Origin: a virus
Taxonomy: Duplodnaviria; Caudoviricetes
Strand: one strand, 5' to 3'
IMG/VR virus record: IMGVR_UViG_3300015370_000050
Coordinates: 1 to 24,134 of that record
DNA: 24,134 bases
Shown here piece after piece: positions 8,131 to 17,900 of the stretch. The translations under genes and the position numbers were made by a program. Within the stretch, counting starts at the first letter, position 1. Each line of letters starts with the position of its first letter. The notes beneath the pieces are model-generated. The model was not told the origin of the DNA. It searched no databases and worked only from the letters and a program-made list of their open reading frames with translations.

Positions 8131-8745
8131 ATGAGCGGAAAGACTTGGGACGACGCACTGGCAGCGCTCTCCACGACCCAGGAGGAGCGAGACGGTCAGA
8201 TGCTGAAGAAGATCGCTGACATCGGCGATGCGCTGGAATCGCGTGGGACGAACTGGGGCGAGCTGGAGAACCAGCAGGCCGCAGCCATCCTGGAAGAGGC
8301 CGGAATCGGACCCGACGACTTCGCGCGGCTCGTGGAGTCGCAGCCCGAGGGTGCCGGAGCCGACGAGTCCAAGCTCGACGCCGAAGGCAAGCCCATCGTC
8401 GAGACCGCCGAGGGTGGCGTCCCCGAGGGCGAGGTCGAGTTCACCGACGAGGTCAAGGCAGACTTCAAGGCGAAGGCTCAGAGCATGACGGAAGAGGGGT
8501 GGCTCTCCTTCGTGAACGAGCTCACCGACGCGCAGGCCGAGAACGTCATGAAGCTCCTCGACGCAGACCCCGAGAAGGTGGCGGCGTGGGTGGAAGCCGA
8601 AGAGGCCTCCTACTACGGCACCATGCGCGCGTTCGCGGACATCGAGAAGGCGGCCAACGCGGTCCCCGAGGTCACCGCAGCGGATGCGGCCACCGCGGAG
8701 ATCAACACGCTCCTGGACAAGCACCTGCCAGCCGGCGACAAGTAG
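8131..8745 (+). CDS. Highly acidic putative scaffolding or prohead core protein (204 aa)
   Basis: ATG 8131 with SD GAGGAGG; the 8053 start overlaps the promoter. E/D/A-rich helical composition. Motifs LKKIA, PEKVA, IEKAA. Confidence 0.68.
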   Translation: MSGKTWDDALAALSTTQEERDGQMLKKIADIGDALESRGTNWGELENQQAAAILEEAGIGPDDFARLVESQPEGAGADESKLDAEGKPIVETAEGGVPEGEVEFTDEVKADFKAKAQSMTEEGWLSFVNELTDAQAENVMKLLDADPEKVAAWVEAEEASYYGTMRAFADIEKAANAVPEVTAADAATAEINTLLDKHLPAGDK

Positions 8746-8763
8746 TCGCCAAGGAGACGGGCT

Positions 8764-9129
8764 ATGACGCGCACCATCGCAGAAATCACCGCAGGCAAGT
8801 CGATCGACGCTCTCGTCGACGATTACCTCGGCGGCGACGCGTCCTCACCCAAGGCAGGTTCGGATGGAACGGAGCACGTGGCTTCGGCTGCAGACATGGA
8901 GGACGACTTCTCGAACGTGGCGCCCGGGTTTCCCGGTCACCTCGAGAAGCTCGCCGACTGGTGTGACGGTCTCGTGGACCAGCTCGAAGAGCTGCCCAAG
9001 ACGGCTGCGCTCACAGGTGATCTGCGGTACGAGTTCGCCGACGAGCTGCACGCACCGCCCGCTGTGGGCAAGGACCCGACCATCGAGTCCATGCTCGACC
9101 GCGTGCTGCGCGCAGGGAGGAAGTCATGA
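8764..9129 (+). CDS. Acidic hypothetical protein, putative prohead core component
   Basis: AGGAG SD, motifs LEKLA and LPKTA, position in the head operon. Confidence 0.7.
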   Translation: MTRTIAEITAGKSIDALVDDYLGGDASSPKAGSDGTEHVASAADMEDDFSNVAPGFPGHLEKLADWCDGLVDQLEELPKTAALTGDLRYEFADELHAPPAVGKDPTIESMLDRVLRAGRKS

Positions 9130-9488
9130 GCATGACCGCAGGTGATCTCGCGACGGCCCTTCGCTCCATGTCGGAGAACCTCCGATACGCCGCGGGAAGA
9201 ATCCAGACGCTGGAGAAGCAGGCTGCGGAGAGGGAGGTCTCCATCAAGGAGTCCAGTCTTGCCCAGACGCTGATCCAGTCCGGGTTCGCAAAGGACGAAG
9301 ATGACGCTCGGGACAAGCTTCGGAAGCTGGCCAGCAAGAGCCCGGTGGAGGTCGCAGCAGACATGCTGTCCGGCCCCATGGACTTGTTCGTCAGCGACGG
9401 GGACGCCCCGGGCACGAATGACATCGGAACCGATCGGATCCTGACCCCGGATGGCGCGTTGGCGTATTTCCGCGGCAGCTCCGACTGA
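9126..9488 (+). CDS. Coiled-coil-like putative scaffolding protein
   Basis: ATGA overlap and GGGAGG SD, heptad-like N-terminal half, LEKQA motif, two genes upstream of the capsid gene. Confidence 0.65.
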   Translation: MSMTAGDLATALRSMSENLRYAAGRIQTLEKQAAEREVSIKESSLAQTLIQSGFAKDEDDARDKLRKLASKSPVEVAADMLSGPMDLFVSDGDAPGTNDIGTDRILTPDGALAYFRGSSD

Positions 9489-9504
9489 ATCAAAGGAGAC
9501 CATC

Positions 9505-10023
9505 ATGGCCACAGCTGCACTGCCGACACAGAGTGCGCAGAAGCCGAACATCCGGATCCTGAACCGGGTGAAGCTAGGCGAGTACGTCACCAAGGTCACC
9601 CCGCCCGACACGAACCTGCTCGAGGGCGAGTGGCTCATCACGGCGACCACCGCAGGGTGGACCCGCGCCCTCAGCGCCTATTCCGCCCTCGCCATCAAGG
9701 CGTGCTTCCCCGTCATCGGGAAGCTGAGCGAGCACATGAACAAAGCGCTCCGGACGAGTGCCCGCGGTCCCCAGGGCGCCGTTCCGCTCTACCTGGGTGC
9801 GCTCCCGCTCGTCATCGAGACCAAGGTCTACGACACCTACGACAGCTTCGCGGTGGGAGCCATCGCGTACATCGGCGACATCGTCGTGGACGACCTGGGG
9901 GTCTACAACGGCCTTACCATTTCGGGGTTCATCGACGCCAACACCGGTATCGCCGCCGGTCGCGTGCTGAAGGCTCCTGCGAACAACGGTGGCTGGCTGC
10001 GCGTCCTCGTGACGTTCTGCTGA
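9505..10023 (+). CDS. Putative capsid decoration or minor capsid protein (172 aa)
   Basis: ATG 9505 with AAGGAG SD. Beta-rich composition and strongly biased codons. Lies immediately upstream of the major capsid gene, the usual position of decoration proteins. Confidence 0.6.
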   Translation: MATAALPTQSAQKPNIRILNRVKLGEYVTKVTPPDTNLLEGEWLITATTAGWTRALSAYSALAIKACFPVIGKLSEHMNKALRTSARGPQGAVPLYLGALPLVIETKVYDTYDSFAVGAIAYIGDIVVDDLGVYNGLTISGFIDANTGIAAGRVLKAPANNGGWLRVLVTFC

Positions 10024-10041
10024 GCAAGAAGGAGAAACACA

Positions 10042-11193
10042 ATGAACGCACGTGACGCACTGGAACTGAACCGCCGTTGGGCGCAGAACTGGAACACCGG
10101 TGAGGGCATCGAGAAGAACGCCGCCTTCAACCGCCGGTGGATCCGGGACCACGCCGACGAGGCCTCCTTCTTCGAGAAGGTCATCAAGGCCGACACCGTC
10201 AACCCCGAGGAGTGCGACCGCAGCGTCGACTCCAAGACCCCCGTCATGATCGAGGAGATCCGCGAGGGTTCCTGGGCGATGCCGATCACCTTCGACGGCG
10301 AGACCGCCGCCGAGGTGCGCATGGGCTCGCGCTACCTCATCACCTTCCAGAAGCTGCAGACCGCGGAGCACCGCTACCGCCTCGAGGAGCTCTGGACCTC
10401 CCGCCGCCCCGTCGTGGAGCAGCTGAAGGAAGACGTCGCGGCGGCCTACGTCGACGCGAAGGACCGCGTCTTCGTGGTCTACACCGACGTCGCCTGCTGG
10501 TACTCCTTCCAGGCCGCGTACGCCGGTATCAAGCTGGCCCTCTCCACTCTCGAGGCCGGCACCGCCACCGAGATGGGCGTGTACAAGTCCACCGCGGCGA
10601 AGCTGGCGACCAACGCCGTTGGAGACCCCGACGACAACTTCACGATCCAGCCGCTCCGGAAAGAGGATGGCACCATCCTCCTGCGCGCCTTCAACACCCA
10701 GCAGGGTGAGCAGCTGAAGGCCAACACCATGCTCATCACGGAGTACGACTACGTCGGCGTGACCGACTGGGACCTCTCCGAGGTGGGTGATGCGAAGGTG
10801 TCCACGAGCATCAACTCGGTCAACGGGTACAACGACCTCAAGGACATCCGGATCGTCCGGACCATCAAGCAGCGCTGGCTGCGCCCCGGCAACATCTACG
10901 CGTGGGCCGACTGGGACTACGTGGGAAGCCACTACCGGATCGGCAAGGTCGACACCTACCAGGAGAAGCGCGGCACCGAGGTCATGTTCTTCAGCTGGGG
11001 CGTCGAGGCCTTCGGCTACGGCAACATCGCGGGCGTCCGGAAGCTGGAGCTCTTCTCCGCCTCCGCCAACCCCGAGAGCGACGCCACCGAGGACATCGGA
11101 GTCGACGCCGTGCAGCCCTTCGCCGAGGACCACATGATCCTCAACAACAGCGCCAGCGATGGCGGCTGGGTCCCGACGGTCGAGCTCGCGTAG
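10042..11193 (+). CDS. Major capsid protein (HK97-like fold expected)
   Basis: 383 aa, very strong C/G-ending codon bias suggesting high expression, AAGGAG SD, position between protease/scaffold and neck genes, N-terminal GIEKNA motif consistent with a cleaved leader. Confidence 0.82.
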   Translation: MNARDALELNRRWAQNWNTGEGIEKNAAFNRRWIRDHADEASFFEKVIKADTVNPEECDRSVDSKTPVMIEEIREGSWAMPITFDGETAAEVRMGSRYLITFQKLQTAEHRYRLEELWTSRRPVVEQLKEDVAAAYVDAKDRVFVVYTDVACWYSFQAAYAGIKLALSTLEAGTATEMGVYKSTAAKLATNAVGDPDDNFTIQPLRKEDGTILLRAFNTQQGEQLKANTMLITEYDYVGVTDWDLSEVGDAKVSTSINSVNGYNDLKDIRIVRTIKQRWLRPGNIYAWADWDYVGSHYRIGKVDTYQEKRGTEVMFFSWGVEAFGYGNIAGVRKLELFSASANPESDATEDIGVDAVQPFAEDHMILNNSASDGGWVPTVELA

Positions 11194-11225
11194 CTCGACT
11201 TTACTTGCCGCAGGAGGCCTACCTG

Positions 11226-12158
11226 ATGTATCGCATCAAGACCATCCAGCGGGGGAAGCGCCCGATCAGTTCGAGATCGACGTGGATGCGGAAGCTCTCG
11301 GGTTTCCGCTACCCGTCGATCCCGATGATCGGCAACCAGCGCTTCACGCCCGCGCAAGAAGTTTCAGTGACCGCAGCCTTCCTCAAGCGGCACCAGAGAA
11401 TAATCCTCGCGCTAGTCGAGGCGGGGATCGTCAAGGTGTTCGCTCGCGACAAGGAGGTCCGGCTCCCGGTACTCAAGGACCTCGTAGCGAAGGTCGTAGA
11501 GGTCGTCGAAGAGGTCGATGAGCGCGATCAGCCGAACGAGTACGAAATCGTGCACGACGGTGTGCTCTACACGGTTACCGAGGACGACCTGCTCCTCAAA
11601 GGTGGTGTGCCTGGGTTCTGGGTCGACCGGGATCCAATCGACGGCGGGCCAATCAGGGTGTTCGTATCACCTGATCCGAGCAATACCGTAAGCATCGACG
11701 GCAAGCCAGGACCGGCTGCCAGCTTGCGCCCACCTGACTCTCTCGCAGATCTTCAGGCTCGCGAAGACGACGGCACGTTCGTCGGAGACGACCCGGAGAC
11801 TCCGGACGTCAACGAGGCCTGGAAAGACGGTGAAGCACCTATCGTGGTGCCTACGCACGAGCCGGGTGAGGTCGCTGACCACGCGGCCTACGACGCAGCG
11901 CTGGAAGACGGCACGCTCACCGAGGTGACCGCTCTGGAGCCGGAACCCGAGCCCGAGCCTGAGCCGGAACCAGAGCCCGCCCCCGAGGACATCGACGAAG
12001 CGGCCCCGGAGTTCCCGGGTCCGATGTCCACGTACACCAAGATGAACAAGGTCCGTCTGGTCGAGCTGCTGTCAGAGCACTTCGACGGCATCTCAGAAGA
12101 GATGACCAAGAAGGCGCTCCTGGCGGAGGTCGCCAAGTACCTCGTCGAGGAGGACTGA
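11226..12158 (+). CDS. Acidic low-complexity protein with (EP)7 linker and C-terminal Rho-N/HeH-like helical motif (310 aa)
   Basis: ATG 11226 with AGGAGG SD; the ORF track start at 10902 overlaps the capsid gene. C-terminus YTKMNKVRLVELL...MTKKALLAEV. Confidence 0.72.
   Translation: MYRIKTIQRGKRPISSRSTWMRKLSGFRYPSIPMIGNQRFTPAQEVSVTAAFLKRHQRIILALVEAGIVKVFARDKEVRLPVLKDLVAKVVEVVEEVDERDQPNEYEIVHDGVLYTVTEDDLLLKGGVPGFWVDRDPIDGGPIRVFVSPDPSNTVSIDGKPGPAASLRPPDSLADLQAREDDGTFVGDDPETPDVNEAWKDGEAPIVVPTHEPGEVADHAAYDAALEDGTLTEVTALEPEPEPEPEPEPEPAPEDIDEAAPEFPGPMSTYTKMNKVRLVELLSEHFDGISEEMTKKALLAEVAKYLVEED
11937..11978 (+). repeat. Coding hexanucleotide repeat GARCCN x7 encoding (Glu-Pro)7
   Basis: GAGCCG GAACCC GAGCCC GAGCCT GAGCCG GAACCA GAGCCC read directly from the sequence. 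Confidence 0.85.
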
Positions 12159-12161
12159 GCC

Positions 12162-12548
12162 ATGGTGCGCGTCTGGAACGTCAGTCACAGGGTCGGGAAG
12201 CGAAGCACGGTGATCGTCAACAAGACGTCGCTGCGTCCGGCAGAGTCTGTGCTCGTCGACGACGCGCTCTGGGAGCGCCTCAAGAAGAACCCGCACCTCA
12301 CAGACGTCAAGCCAGTGCCGACACCGGCGCCGGCACCTGCGCCCGTGCCGAAACCCGCGCCCAAGCCGAAGCCCATCGTGAAGGTGGAGGAGCCGCCTGC
12401 TCCCGAATCTGAGCTGACACCGGCGCCGATTGTCAATCTCGACGAGATGACGAAGGCGGAGCTGTTGTGGGTAGCCGTAGACAGCGGCATCGACGCGAAG
12501 TCTTCGATGACGAAGGCCGAGATCCGGGCGCTTCTCGAGGGGGAGTAA
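12162..12548 (+). CDS. Pro-rich protein with C-terminal Rho-N/HeH-like motif
   Basis: PA/PK linker followed by NLDEMTKAELLWVAVDSGIDAKSSMTKAEIRALL; GAGGAGG upstream. Confidence 0.72.
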   Translation: MVRVWNVSHRVGKRSTVIVNKTSLRPAESVLVDDALWERLKKNPHLTDVKPVPTPAPAPAPVPKPAPKPKPIVKVEEPPAPESELTPAPIVNLDEMTKAELLWVAVDSGIDAKSSMTKAEIRALLEGE

Positions 12549-12552
12549 CCCC

Positions 12553-13026
12553 ATGGCCGGTCCGCAGCCTACGTCGTCGGACTTCAACGGTCGCGTCAAC
12601 CAAGCCGTGCGGCAGTTCATGCGAGACTTGCCAGAGTTCCGCAAGCGGTTCGAAGGAAAGTTCGTCTTCGAGGACGACGAGATCGACTTCCACGTCGAGA
12701 TGGCCCTTGACCGAATCAACTCGCTCGTGCCGGTGACGACGTGGTCGGCGAGTACCGTCCCGTACAGGTCGTGGATCATCCGTGCTGTGGCAATCAGTCT
12801 CGCAGAGTCCAGGTTTCAGCAGCTCGAAGGCGAAGAGGTCACCGCGCAGGACCCCGGTGGAGTCACGGCGACGTTCCCGGAGTTCCAGAGCCTCGGGCAG
12901 CGTCTCGGCAGAGCGTGGGTCGGACTCGCAACAGAGGTCGTCCAGGGCAAGCAGGCGATCAACCTCAAGGGATATCTGAGCAACGCCGACGGCATCTCGA
13001 GTGTCTATGGCGGAAGGGAGTTCTGA
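12553..13026 (+). CDS. Putative head-tail adaptor (connector) protein
   Basis: 157 aa, helical N-terminus with FEDDEI...ALDRIN, position after the capsid genes. Function inferred from size, position and motif feel. Confidence 0.55.
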   Translation: MAGPQPTSSDFNGRVNQAVRQFMRDLPEFRKRFEGKFVFEDDEIDFHVEMALDRINSLVPVTTWSASTVPYRSWIIRAVAISLAESRFQQLEGEEVTAQDPGGVTATFPEFQSLGQRLGRAWVGLATEVVQGKQAINLKGYLSNADGISSVYGGREF

Positions 13027-13027
13027 G

Positions 13028-13405
13028 ATGGAAAGGCTCGTCACAACCACGTTCGAGGACATCAAGGTCCTGAGCGATTTCGTGCGCGGCCGCCGCATCG
13101 GAGCGCGCGGTGCAATGACCGCCGGTTCTGGTATCGTTACAGTTGAGGATACCGAGGTCAACTTCACGACGCTAGGCGTAGTCGCCGGCTTCTTCGTCTA
13201 CGACATCACTACGTCGGAGGTGGCGGAGATCTCGGTAGTCACTGCTACCAAGCTCACCGTACCCGCTGGGGCGTGGGCCAACACGAACGTGTACGAAGTC
13301 CGATCGCCTCCGATTCCGATCAATAAGATCGTGCACATCGGGCAGAGCACTGACGGTCAGTGGGTCCTCTGCTACTTCAAGGACGACGGCTTCACGCTGA
13401 AGTAG
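13028..13405 (+). CDS. Beta-rich hypothetical structural protein (125 aa)
   Basis: ATG 13028 with GGGAG SD just after the upstream stop; Thr/Val-rich. Confidence 0.68.
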   Translation: MERLVTTTFEDIKVLSDFVRGRRIGARGAMTAGSGIVTVEDTEVNFTTLGVVAGFFVYDITTSEVAEISVVTATKLTVPAGAWANTNVYEVRSPPIPINKIVHIGQSTDGQWVLCYFKDDGFTLK

Positions 13406-13417
13406 AAGGTAGCAGGA

Positions 13418-14197
13418 ATGCTCAACTTTGAGGTCACGATCGCCGGGGACGACGCCTACAGGGTATCCTGGAGGTTGTCGGGTACCGAGTTCGCGGCCGA
13501 TACGCAAGTTGAGATCCTTCGCAGCCCGAGCTTTACCGGGCCCTACGAGACCATCCTCCCTCCATCGCGTGACATCACAGACTTCGTCGACACGATGGTG
13601 CATCACCGCGTGCGCCCGTTCTACCAGATCCGCATCCATCGTCAGGGCAGCGACCCGGTCACGTACCCGTCGGTCAGCGGAGTCACCGTGGCTCCGGAGC
13701 AGGACGGTGACATCCGAGCAGTGATCCGAGAGCGCATTCGAGCGATCCGACACGGCGGGGGGCGGAAGATCCTCTACTACCCGGTGAAGACCTCCGGTCC
13801 GAAGTGCCACTGCTGGGACAAGGTCAGCCGCAAGGCCGAGGTGCACAACTGCAGGTCGTGCTTCGGGTCGCACTTCCACGGCGGCTTCTACAACCCGATC
13901 TTGCTGCACGCTGCCATCGGGAGCCCGAACACGCAGTTCTCCGAGCGCTTCCGCGTCGACGGGCAGGTCTCCTCTGCGATCCTCCCGAACCTGCCGCTCA
14001 TCCGACAGGGCGACGTGATCATCGAGAAGGAGAACAAGCGCTGGCGTGTCCTGGGCAACGACCCGGGCGAGTACAAGCGTAACATCGTTCGTCAGACCGT
14101 GTATCTCGCTCCCATCAGCGTCGACGACATCCTCTTCGAGCTCCCGGCGGACTTCACGCTGCTCGGCTCCGACGCTGCTGCGGTGGATGGACCATGA
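13418..14197 (+). CDS. Putative neck or head-closure protein with FN3-like N-terminus and Zn-binding motif
   Basis: N-terminal YRVSW...VEILRS...FVD...FYQI pattern, CHC...CRSCFGSHFHGGF motif, C-terminal GDVIIE..NKRWRV resembling head-closure beta-barrels. Confidence 0.6.
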   Translation: MLNFEVTIAGDDAYRVSWRLSGTEFAADTQVEILRSPSFTGPYETILPPSRDITDFVDTMVHHRVRPFYQIRIHRQGSDPVTYPSVSGVTVAPEQDGDIRAVIRERIRAIRHGGGRKILYYPVKTSGPKCHCWDKVSRKAEVHNCRSCFGSHFHGGFYNPILLHAAIGSPNTQFSERFRVDGQVSSAILPNLPLIRQGDVIIEKENKRWRVLGNDPGEYKRNIVRQTVYLAPISVDDILFELPADFTLLGSDAAAVDGP

Positions 14198-14991
14198 GCA
14201 CGAACCGCGACCCGGCGTCCAGGCTGCAGCTCCCGATCAAGAACCCGTGTCAGCGTGCGACTCGAGGCTTCGTGTCCATGCTTCAGGGACTCTTCGAAGG
14301 TGGCGAGCCGGGCTTCCGCTGGTCCGACGATGACGATAGCACGGACATCTGGATCGCCGAGGGCAAGCTGAAGGACGTCGCGTTGCTTCCGAAGTTGCCT
14401 GCGATCCTCGTGTCATGGTCCGGGGCCCGGTGGGTACTACCGTGTCAGCCCGCCAGGACCATGCGCGAGGGCGATCACACCGCCACCACGAATCAGATGG
14501 CTTTCAACATCACAGCAGCGTTCATCAGCGACGACGACGATATCGTCGAGAGCCTCGCCTGGGTCGGGTTCGGTCTCGTGCCGCAGTTCATCGACCTGCT
14601 CGAGCAGAACACTGGCGTGAGCATCTACAACCAGCCGACGATGCAACCCGCTGAGGTCAAGGGGAAGGACGATATCGTCTACCCGGCCGTCATCGTACAG
14701 ATGAATGCGACCGTGTTCGTGAGTATCTCGAGAGATTGGGTACCGCGCGACGGAGTCTTTGACAATGCCGTCAGACGGGCTACAATGGTCCTAGAATCAG
14801 ACGCACCGGGGCAGAGAGAAGCTCAGGTCGTCATGGGAAACCGGCTTGACAAGCGGCACCATCCGCAGTCCCTGACTGACCTAGTCCTCGAGAGAGGGCC
14901 AGGAGGTCAGACCAGGGTTCTGCCACCATCCTACCAACCGCCAGAAGAAGTCCCACGAGTCGAAGACATAGATCTTCCTGAAGGAGATTGA
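14194..14991 (+). CDS. Putative tail terminator or neck protein
   Basis: ATGA overlap, LPAILVSW motif, position directly before the sheath gene. Confidence 0.55.
   Translation: MSTNRDPASRLQLPIKNPCQRATRGFVSMLQGLFEGGEPGFRWSDDDDSTDIWIAEGKLKDVALLPKLPAILVSWSGARWVLPCQPARTMREGDHTATTNQMAFNITAAFISDDDDIVESLAWVGFGLVPQFIDLLEQNTGVSIYNQPTMQPAEVKGKDDIVYPAVIVQMNATVFVSISRDWVPRDGVFDNAVRRATMVLESDAPGQREAQVVMGNRLDKRHHPQSLTDLVLERGPGGQTRVLPPSYQPPEEVPRVEDIDLPEGD
14759..14786 (+). promoter_or_regulatory. Intragenic sigma70-like promoter about 200 nt upstream of the sheath gene
   Basis: TTGACA (14759-14764), 16 nt, TACAAT (14781-14786): an 11/12 consensus match inside a GC-rich coding region. Confidence 0.62.
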
Positions 14992-14992
14992 T

Positions 14993-17900
14993 ATGACGAT
15001 TGCACGGCTGAGCCACTTCGGACCGGAGATTCACTTCGACATCAAGCCGGTGACGGTCCCCACCAAGGTCAGCCGGAGACCGCTGATGCTCATGGGGGTC
15101 GCGAAGTACATCGTCGACATCCTTGACTCGGACGGGGACCTCGTGTCCGACGCAATGCTGACCGGTCCCGCGACGGTGACGTCCGGGGCGCAGGCCACGG
15201 CAGCGTGGGTCGCCTGTGTGACGCCGACGCCGAAGGCCATTTCGATTACGCTGAATGGGATTCCGAAGGTGCTCTCGCCCGCTGGTACGCCCACCACGGC
15301 GGCGCAGGTGGCGACGATCCTGACAACGGCGTTCGCACCGGACGCGGCAACCGGGTTCGAGGGCGTAACCTTCAGCATCATCGGAACCGGAGCGAGCCTC
15401 TACCTCGTGGCGACGTCGATCCCGGTCGGCGACGCCGTGGACATGATCATCGAAACCGAGACGCACGACGCCTACTTCTTCGCTGCCGCCGGCGGCTCCC
15501 AGATGGAAGGGCGCTACGTCTACGGCTTCGGGAACTACCTGGGCTACGACGTCACCGTGCCCTTCGCTTCCGTTCCGGACCCAGACGGCATCCTCGACAT
15601 GTGCGTGCTCGACTCCACCTTCGCAGCGACCCTCGCCGTCTCGGTGGATCGTGGCGACCGGGTCGTGAGCATGTCCAGGACCGCTGCCTGGGAGCGTAAT
15701 GCGCACCAGCGCGAGCCGGTGATCTGGGCCGTGGCCGGTAAAGGTGCCCCTGCGTCCTTCACCGACCTCGCTAACCACGTGAACCTGTCCACCTACGCGC
15801 CATTCACGCACATCGCGGCGGACGCCACGCGCGGAGCGCCGCCGATCCTGCACCCGTGGACTCCGGTGGGCGGAACCACCAGCCGCTTCTGGGCCCCCGG
15901 AGAGGACGCCTCCGTCATCATCCCTGGAGCCACCTCGGCTGGGTACGTTACGCTCACGGTCACCAAGAACCTCGACCCGGCGAAGCTTGCTCTTGTGCCT
16001 AGTGGGTCTTCCGAGCTCAACGACTGCCACGGTGCCCTCGGGCACATCTACGTCGTGGTCGTCGGCGGGCAGCTCGGAGAGACCGTCGTGTGGAACGACG
16101 TGGCACGATCGCTCACCATCAATCTCGTTCCTATAGCGCCGACGTGCGCCAACGTGGCTGCTGCCGTCACCACGGCTGCAGCGGACAGCGCGCACGCCAT
16201 CTACGGGATGTTCACCGCCGTCGCAACGGTCGGAGCTACTCTGGTGGACCTCACACCCGGGCCGATAGGAGCACTCGCTGCCAACACCTTCCTCTGGGGA
16301 GGCATGGAGCCGATCCAGTTCGACGACACGAAGGGGACCTGCGTCCTCGCCGGAAACAAGCTCTTCGCGAGCACCGCGGTGGTGCTCGCAGGCGCCGTGC
16401 AGTTGCAGATCTCAGTCGACGGCAGCGCGGTGGAGGAGTTCGAGTGGCCGCTCGGAACTGCCATCTCCGCCATCATCAGCGCGTTCAACACGCGCTTCGG
16501 TTCCGCCGCCGTGATGTCGGCCCTGAACGTAGGGTACGGGGGCGTAGCACCCATCGTCGTCAAGATCACCGGCGTGGCGAAGGGCCGCTCCGGAACGATC
16601 TACATCCCGTATGCGGTCGGGCTCGAGCACCTGATGGTCACCGAGAGCTTCACCGTTCCCACGGCGCAGTTCGTGGTCGATCTCAACGAGGAGCACGCGC
16701 TGTACACGCCGGCGGCGTCATCGCACGTCGGGCTGATCTTCCCGGGTGGGTCCGTCGTGAGCGACATCGGCACACACACCATCCGCTTCCTGCGTGATGT
16801 CGCCGTCGGCGCCTTCTCGGTCCATTTCGACACGCCCGCGGCTGTCGCTGCTGCCGTAACCTACACGATCAACACCGGCGTGTTCGCGACAGACTACGTC
16901 GGGATCAAGCACTACGGTATCCCGTACCCGGAACTCGCCTCCGATGAGCTTTGGATGGGGGACGCCTATCAGGCGACGATCACGGGCTACCAGGGCATCG
17001 TCAGCGATGGCGGCGTCGACTTCGGAAACCGCGGGCTGACGTTCTCGGCGAACTTCAGTACCTCCGATACCTTCGAGGCCTTCTACACGCGGATCAAGAA
17101 CATCACCTCGACACTGATCGGGGACACGAAGCCTACGCCGGACCTGATCGTGTCCACTGCCGACGACACGATGTACATCCGGAACGAAGCCGTGATGAAC
17201 GACACCGGCCAGTCCTACACCGGGATCTCGCTCCCGATGTACTGCGGCTTCGAGGCCGTCCGTCTCGACATCACCGCCGACTACCTGTCCCGCGGGCTGA
17301 CCTTCACTACCGTGGACGACATCCTCGAGTACGGGCCCATCGACCCACGCAACGAGCTCATCTTCGGTGCGTGGATGGCCTACCAGGGCATGCAGCTCGC
17401 GACTTCGTATATTCCGTTCAAGGTCATCGGCATCGGCGGAGACACACTGACGGACTGGTCTGCGGCGACGAAGATCCTCGAGAAGGACGTCTTCTGGATG
17501 CCCATCGCCCTCACGGACGACCGTGCAATCAACACGTGGCTCGCCAACTACATCATCGCCTCCGAGGCCCCGACGAGGAAGAAAGACTGGCGGACCATCA
17601 TCTACACGGACACCCCCGACGAGGAGTTCCCGACGACCATCGGGACCGGGCTCACCGCGGCCACCAACGTCACAGGTGCGCAGCGCACGATCGTCATCAT
17701 GCTGAGCAAGCTCAACGTGGCCGCCGCGCTCATCACAGCCGGGTACGTACCGTCCGCGGTCACTGATGCCGACGGGCTCTACGTCATGCTCTCCGGAGGC
17801 GGGGCCACCGAGACCCAGGCCACCTACAAGTGGCTCATCCAGAGCGTCAATTCCGCCACCAACACCGTGGTCGTCGTCGACACTCCGACGGACACCTTCT

